DNA of 64,000 nt, from sequence record DRR723986_6279; one strand, given 5' to 3'. Each line of letters starts with the position of its first letter. The first letter of the stretch is position 1. Both the position numbers and the translations under genes were made by a program. Below the pieces are notes generated by a model. It saw only the letters and a list, made by a program, of their open reading frames with translations, searched no databases and was not told where the DNA came from. This document shows positions 58,585 through 64,000 of the stretch, one piece after another.

Positions 58585-60591
58585 TTAGTTTATTTTGATT
58601 CCTGGAAGTTTCTTTTTATTTTTTGTTTTCCCGTTAGGATCGGGCTTTAAGTTCTTTATTGGTTGAATAAATTGATCACCTGAACTATTAATCGAAACCC
58701 TGTATTTTCCACCTCCTTTATCTTCTTCTACTTTTCCTGGAACCCAGTCCGTTTGAGAAACTCTCACTAAAACTGCGTCTCCAACTTTGTAACTGGTCGG
58801 TTTTGCATCATTTGAAGTAGTGGCATCAACATTTGTTTTTTTACCAGAGGGATCCTCTCGCATTGCTTCAATAGGAGCCGTAAAAGTTTTACCCATGTTG
58901 GGAACTTTAACGTCATATGTGCCATCTGAATTTACCGCGGTGACATTTCCTTTTTCATATCTGCCTGCCCCTACGTGGATTTCAACTGGGTCCCCTACAT
59001 TAAAAGATAAATCTGCTCTCGATCCTCCACCTTCATTATCAGATTTAAATGAATTAAAGAATACTTCATCTGTTTCAGTAAAGTTCAAACCTAAGATCCA
59101 AAACTCATAGTTGTAATCACCAAGATAAATGGTTTTATAACGCTCATATTTTGAGTTTTCAGCTAAAAAGAATACTTCTCCACCGGTTACACCGTTCATC
59201 TCCCACTCTGATTCTTTCTCGTGAAGTGAATGGATATCCATCAAGTGTCCATGAACATTATCCTCAGCTTGTTTTTTTCTTGCATCATTTGATTGCCCAT
59301 CTCCGAAGTTACTTGCGACAAAAACGTATTTAGAACCATTAATTTTTTTCTCTAGAATAATCGCCTTATCGGTTTTGGTTGTTTTATAACCTTTAGGCAT
59401 ATCGATACTGAATCCAAATTCACTATTCGTGACAGTTTCATACTCAATCATTGCTGGACAATCTTTATCAGATATACCGTCAGCTAACCAAATTTTAAAT
59501 TCTTTTACTTTGAATTTTCCATTCTCTTCAGTTGTTCTTATTTCTAATGTACTTTCTTCTGCCTTGTCATGAAAAACATAAGAGCTTTTGGTGTTTTTAT
59601 AGCGATTGATAACCGGACAATAATTGGACTGAACATTCACTCCTTTATTTCCAACGATTTTATCAATAGTTTCTGATACATATTCCTGTGCTGACCAATC
59701 GAGAAGATATTCGCTACTTTCCATAAATTTATATGAAGGCAAGGTTCGATAAACTATTGAACGAACTTCTTCTTCAGTTCCTGAAGTAAGCACTTGATAG
59801 ACATATGCCGAAAATTCGTTGGGATTTTCAAATTCTGGCATCTCCAGAGCAACTAGATTATCCCATTCCTCTTTAGCTTTCTTTTCTGCAGCCGCTCGAC
59901 CAATCGATTTTTTTTGAAGTTCAATTCCTTCTGAATTAGATACAGATTTTTCTTCTATGAGTTCTTTGTTGTACATAGTAGGTTTTTGATACCCATCTAC
60001 AAATGAAAATGATTTGCCACAGTCCTCAGACCTGAATTTAAACACTCCTAAAAATTTATACTTTTTAACATCACAGCATCCTTGAATTATTGTTGCTGAT
60101 ACACTTCCAAATACCGTAACTTCCTGCTCAGACGACCAAATTGGTTCATTTAATCCACTCATGTCAGCAGAGATTTCAAAGTCATGGATCTCAAGTAAAT
60201 TCCAAAGCCAAGCGGCATCAAAAAAGGCAACAGGATCGAATGATTTATCCATTGCTGTTTTCAATTTTTGCGTGTCGGGATTGGGAACATTCGTATATCT
60301 CGAACCGATCCAGGTGCCCTTATCCTTCAATTGCCCATTACTCCAGTATTCTACCCATAAACTCTTGTTTTCCTTTGCATTGGGATAACATTTAAAACCT
60401 GCACTTTTATAGGCCTCAACTGTGCAGCGATAATAATACCTGAGACCTACGATTTTTTGTTTTTTGTGGCTGTATTCATAAGTACTATATCCTGGAAAGT
60501 ACTTTTTAGCATCCGCAACGGCTTTGCTTTCGAACTGCGCATAGCCGCATACCGAACTAATTACAAAGGCTAATAATAATATATTTCTCAT
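58585..60591 (-). CDS. Exported hypothetical protein with two C-terminal Tudor/SH3-like repeats
   Basis: Signal peptide; FNVGDPVEI...GTYDV and YKVGDAVLV...GKYRV. Confidence 0.65.
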   Translation of the reverse strand: MRNILLLAFVISSVCGYAQFESKAVADAKKYFPGYSTYEYSHKKQKIVGLRYYYRCTVEAYKSAGFKCYPNAKENKSLWVEYWSNGQLKDKGTWIGSRYTNVPNPDTQKLKTAMDKSFDPVAFFDAAWLWNLLEIHDFEISADMSGLNEPIWSSEQEVTVFGSVSATIIQGCCDVKKYKFLGVFKFRSEDCGKSFSFVDGYQKPTMYNKELIEEKSVSNSEGIELQKKSIGRAAAEKKAKEEWDNLVALEMPEFENPNEFSAYVYQVLTSGTEEEVRSIVYRTLPSYKFMESSEYLLDWSAQEYVSETIDKIVGNKGVNVQSNYCPVINRYKNTKSSYVFHDKAEESTLEIRTTEENGKFKVKEFKIWLADGISDKDCPAMIEYETVTNSEFGFSIDMPKGYKTTKTDKAIILEKKINGSKYVFVASNFGDGQSNDARKKQAEDNVHGHLMDIHSLHEKESEWEMNGVTGGEVFFLAENSKYERYKTIYLGDYNYEFWILGLNFTETDEVFFNSFKSDNEGGGSRADLSFNVGDPVEIHVGAGRYEKGNVTAVNSDGTYDVKVPNMGKTFTAPIEAMREDPSGKKTNVDATTSNDAKPTSYKVGDAVLVRVSQTDWVPGKVEEDKGGGKYRVSINSSGDQFIQPIKNLKPDPNGKTKNKKKLPGIKIN

Positions 60592-60839
60592 GTCGATTTA
60601 ATTTGAATTTAGATCCAATTTAACTGAGAAAAACTATCATAAAATCAGAATGCAGTGAACGACCTAAAAAATAAGGTGAACTGCAAAAAGCTGATGGGCA
60701 CTATGATTCTGAACAACAAATTTTCGCCGATTGGGCTATAATTCAATGAATTATTACATCCACCTCAAAAAATAGGGCGTTCACCTTTTTCTAACCGCTT
60801 GTTCGTAACGAACAAACGATATTCGTTAAAACTGAAAAT

Positions 60840-61880
60840 ATGAGAACGACTTTAATTCTAACACTAACCGCTTTCTTAAGCTCATCTTTTGCACAAACCT
60901 TGAGTAATGAAAGAGAATATTATCACTACAAAAAATCATCAAATGAATTGTTGTTCACTTCAGATACCAACACGATCATTTCGACTTCAGCATATGAAGA
61001 TGATTTTATTTGGAATTTAGACAATGTTGATACCAAATCAACCATTAACACCTACCGTTATGGTGAATCAATGATGAATGCTGATGGTACAGGAATATGC
61101 ACGGTTGGAGGACAATATTATAATCCTGAAACGAAAGAAGTCACCTCTGCCTCGCTCAGTTTCTATTCTGTAAAAACTAAGAAAACAACTGTTAAAAAAT
61201 TTGAAAAACTAAACCTACAACGCATGTGCTTTCATCCTACAGACAGTAACATGATCGGTGTGATTGGAATGGATGAAGACTTTAATTACAGAGCCGCACT
61301 AATGGACAGAACAAATTATGAAATCCAAGAGGTTCTTTTTCAAGGAAAAGGTTCCGTTATTCCTTTATGGATGCAATTTGACCAAACGGGCGAAAGGCTA
61401 TTTATTGGTTACGGTAACAGCTCTTATAATGGAGGATTCAGTGTTTTTGATATGAAGACAAAAAAAGAAATTAAACGAATCTCACTGAAAGACCAGCCGA
61501 AAGAATTTCTTTTTCTGGATGACGGAAAAACTGTCGTAAGAGGTAATAAATTGGTTTTTCTATATGATACTCATTGGATTGAGTATGGAAAGCACCCAAT
61601 CAGATTGGCAGCCATTCATCCTTCTGGTAAATACGGCATACATTTCAACTCAAAAAAAGAAGCCTTCTTTTATTTTTTCGAATCCAAGACAAAAATTAAA
61701 TTGGATTTACCGATATTGTTGAAGCAAGATTTCAGCAATGTGAATGAATTTCACGGTTATGCAAAATTTAGCCCCAACGGAAAACAACTGGCAATTAAAT
61801 ACTACAAATGGCATTCAGGCAAAACTCAAACAACTTCAGAATTCCCGTCATTCATGGTGTACGATATTCTTGCCGAGTAA
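60840..61880 (+). CDS. Exported WD40-like beta-propeller protein
   Basis: Signal peptide; FHPTD, FDQTGE, IHPSGK, FSPNGKQLA blades. Confidence 0.65.
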   Translation: MRTTLILTLTAFLSSSFAQTLSNEREYYHYKKSSNELLFTSDTNTIISTSAYEDDFIWNLDNVDTKSTINTYRYGESMMNADGTGICTVGGQYYNPETKEVTSASLSFYSVKTKKTTVKKFEKLNLQRMCFHPTDSNMIGVIGMDEDFNYRAALMDRTNYEIQEVLFQGKGSVIPLWMQFDQTGERLFIGYGNSSYNGGFSVFDMKTKKEIKRISLKDQPKEFLFLDDGKTVVRGNKLVFLYDTHWIEYGKHPIRLAAIHPSGKYGIHFNSKKEAFFYFFESKTKIKLDLPILLKQDFSNVNEFHGYAKFSPNGKQLAIKYYKWHSGKTQTTSEFPSFMVYDILAE

Positions 61881-63658
61881 AAGTCCTATTGGTTTTGGTT
61901 TTCACTTTTTTCCTCAACTTGTGTTGGGGAAACGAAGAGATTAAACTCCTTAAAGAAAAACTTAGTCAAGCAGCCAAAACAGATATAGAACTTAGAATAA
62001 ACTTGCTAAATGATTTAGCATGGGAATACACCTATCAAGATCTAGATACTGCATTTTTCTTTGCTTCAGAAGGATTACGTTTAGCGCAAAAACATGAAAA
62101 CGAATTTCCAGGTCCACTCGCAAATAGCTACGGAACGGTTGGGATAGTTTATGATATTCAAGGGAACAACCATAAGGCCCTTTCATATTATTTGGAGTCA
62201 TTAGAACTAAAGATTTTTTTAAAGGACTCTTCAGGAATTGCTAATATGAAAACCAATATTGGTGCACTTTTCTTCACTCAAGAAGAATATTCAAAAGCAC
62301 TCCCCTATTTCAACGAAGCCCTTGAAATTGAAATGGCACTATCAGATTCCTCGAGCCAGGTAGGAAGTCTAATCAACATTGGTGTGATCCAAAAAAACCA
62401 GGGTCAGTTAGAAATTTCAAGAAAATACCTTAGAAAAGCCTTATCCATTGCCATTGCCATTGAAGACCAATTTTATTATGGCATCATCTACAACAATATT
62501 GGAGCAAACTACCTTCATGCAAACGACCTGGACTCGGCCTTATTTTACTTCGAACTAGGTGCTAAAGAGAATCTTGAAAACGATAACTTATACAACTATG
62601 GAATTTCATTAGAAAATCAAGGTAAAATCCATCTCAAAAAGAAAAACTTCAAACTTGCACAAAAGAAGGCAGAAAAGGCTCTCTCAGTGGGCGAAGCAAA
62701 TGGTTTTTATTTCTTACTCACCAATTCATATGAGACTTTGTATGAAATAAACCTAGCGAGTGGTAACATTGATTCTGCCTTCTATTACAAGGGACTGTTC
62801 AGTTTATATAAAGATAGTCTGTTAAAGAAAGAAAATAAGCAAATCGTTGATGAAATTGAAGCGAAATACGAGCTAGAAAAAAAACAAAAAGAACTCTACA
62901 AAAAAGATTCTAAAATTGCCGATAAGGAGAGGGAATCAACAATCTTCAAATTTATAATTGGAGCTACAGTATTGGCTTCTATCTTATTAATTTGGATGAT
63001 TATCGCAAAAATCCGCAATAACCGAATTCTTTCATATAAAAATAAGATCATTGAAGATTCATTGGAAGAGAAAGAGGTATTAATGCGAGAAATTCATCAC
63101 AGAGTCAAGAATAATATTCAAGCGATTAAAAGCATCATTAATATCCAAAAAAGAAAGACAATTTCTGAGGAAACGAAAGAAAGTTTAAATCAAACTTTGA
63201 ATCGTGTGAATGCCATGGCTTTAATCCATAACAAGCTTTATCAACAAAATAGTTTGTTTGAAATTGGTTCAGATGAATATTTCAAAGAATTGATAAAAGA
63301 TGTGTTTCAATCGTTTGGCATCAGTGAAGAGAATAGCCGTGTAGACATTCACCTGTGCCCTCATATTTTTGAAACCGATCAATTACTTACTTTGGGCCTT
63401 GTTATTAACGAATTGGTGACTAACAGCTGCAAATATGGCAAAGGTGAATCAGGAATATTAAGCTTATCCGTAAAATCTGAAATAAGAGACAAATCATTCA
63501 TAATGAGAATAAAAGATGGGGGTATCACTTCTAAAAATACTGAGAAAGGGTTTGGAACGGATTTAATAGATGCAATGATCTTCAAATTGAAGGGGAAAAT
63601 AACTTATATTAGGGATAATGGTTATCTGACCGAAATGATAATCCCAATAGAAGAATAA
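61808..63658 (+). CDS. TPR-containing sensor histidine kinase (HisKA_2/HWE type)
   Basis: TPR helices, TM segment, REIHHRVKNN, NELVTNSCKY, GFG; start uncertain. Confidence 0.9.
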   Translation: MAFRQNSNNFRIPVIHGVRYSCRVKVLLVLVFTFFLNLCWGNEEIKLLKEKLSQAAKTDIELRINLLNDLAWEYTYQDLDTAFFFASEGLRLAQKHENEFPGPLANSYGTVGIVYDIQGNNHKALSYYLESLELKIFLKDSSGIANMKTNIGALFFTQEEYSKALPYFNEALEIEMALSDSSSQVGSLINIGVIQKNQGQLEISRKYLRKALSIAIAIEDQFYYGIIYNNIGANYLHANDLDSALFYFELGAKENLENDNLYNYGISLENQGKIHLKKKNFKLAQKKAEKALSVGEANGFYFLLTNSYETLYEINLASGNIDSAFYYKGLFSLYKDSLLKKENKQIVDEIEAKYELEKKQKELYKKDSKIADKERESTIFKFIIGATVLASILLIWMIIAKIRNNRILSYKNKIIEDSLEEKEVLMREIHHRVKNNIQAIKSIINIQKRKTISEETKESLNQTLNRVNAMALIHNKLYQQNSLFEIGSDEYFKELIKDVFQSFGISEENSRVDIHLCPHIFETDQLLTLGLVINELVTNSCKYGKGESGILSLSVKSEIRDKSFIMRIKDGGITSKNTEKGFGTDLIDAMIFKLKGKITYIRDNGYLTEMIIPIEE

Positions 63659-64000
63659 ATGCTCAAAATCCTTATTGTAGAAGACGATCCATTAATTGCT
63701 TTTGATATTAAAGGCGTTGTTGAGTCCGCAGGGCACGAAGTGGTGGCCGTTTTTCACACCGCTGAAGAGACACAGGTTCATTTTGATCAAAACGCAGATA
63801 TCGCATTATTAGATGTGAATTTAGGTGCAGGTTATGATGGTATTTCACTTGGGGCTTTGCTGAAAGAAAAGTATCAGACCCCTTGTATTTTCATAACTTC
63901 ATATTATGATGACAAAACAGTGGAACGCGCAAAACGTGTTGAGCCACTTGCTTATATTTTGAAACCATATGAAGAGCATGATATTTTGACCAACCTGAAA
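63659..64000 (+). CDS. Response regulator receiver domain (runs off window end)
   Basis: Manual translation MLKILIVEDDPLIA...IALLDVNLG...IFITS...YILKPY; not in ORF track. Confidence 0.92.
   Translation, partial: MLKILIVEDDPLIAFDIKGVVESAGHEVVAVFHTAEETQVHFDQNADIALLDVNLGAGYDGISLGALLKEKYQTPCIFITSYYDDKTVERAKRVEPLAYILKPYEEHDILTNLK

Noticed and set aside
343-63585. Numerous 60-130 aa ORFs antisense or out of frame within confident genes
   Set aside because: Shadow ORFs with no recognisable motifs, overlapped by well-supported genes

Overview
Low-GC chromosomal window from a member of the Bacteroidota, most likely Flavobacteriales (gldB/gldC, many T9SS cargo proteins, TAnnTTTG promoters). Most of it is housekeeping genes (rpmA/rplU, engB, nadE, ddl, thiL, fumC, gpmI, tsaB, Mrp/NifU, paaZ) mixed with secreted proteins. 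The notable region is a minus-strand sulfur-assimilation cluster (14985-23597): sulfite reductase, siroheme genes, cysteine synthase, JAB protease, ThiS/MoaD sulfur carrier ending GG-KN, MoeB-rhodanese, ferredoxin reductase and ferredoxin. Its 5' leader holds two unannotated, homologous Cys/Met-rich leader peptides (MKITAKNMMCCMNCSERKG and MKMRTKNMCCCMMCIRLKKLGRKRY). Each is followed by an intrinsic terminator at identical spacing, and the first has a clear antiterminator. This looks like a tandem ribosome-dependent attenuator sensing Cys/Met supply. Other items missing from the ORF track: a Lacal_2735-like small gene, a 53-aa membrane protein, an orphan T9SS C-terminal-domain remnant, a gene frameshifted at a homopolymer, REP-like repeats confined to the sulfur cluster, and candidate operators. 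No rRNA, tRNA, CRISPR array, transposase or prophage gene was recognised. All protein calls come from motif recognition by eye, without database searches.
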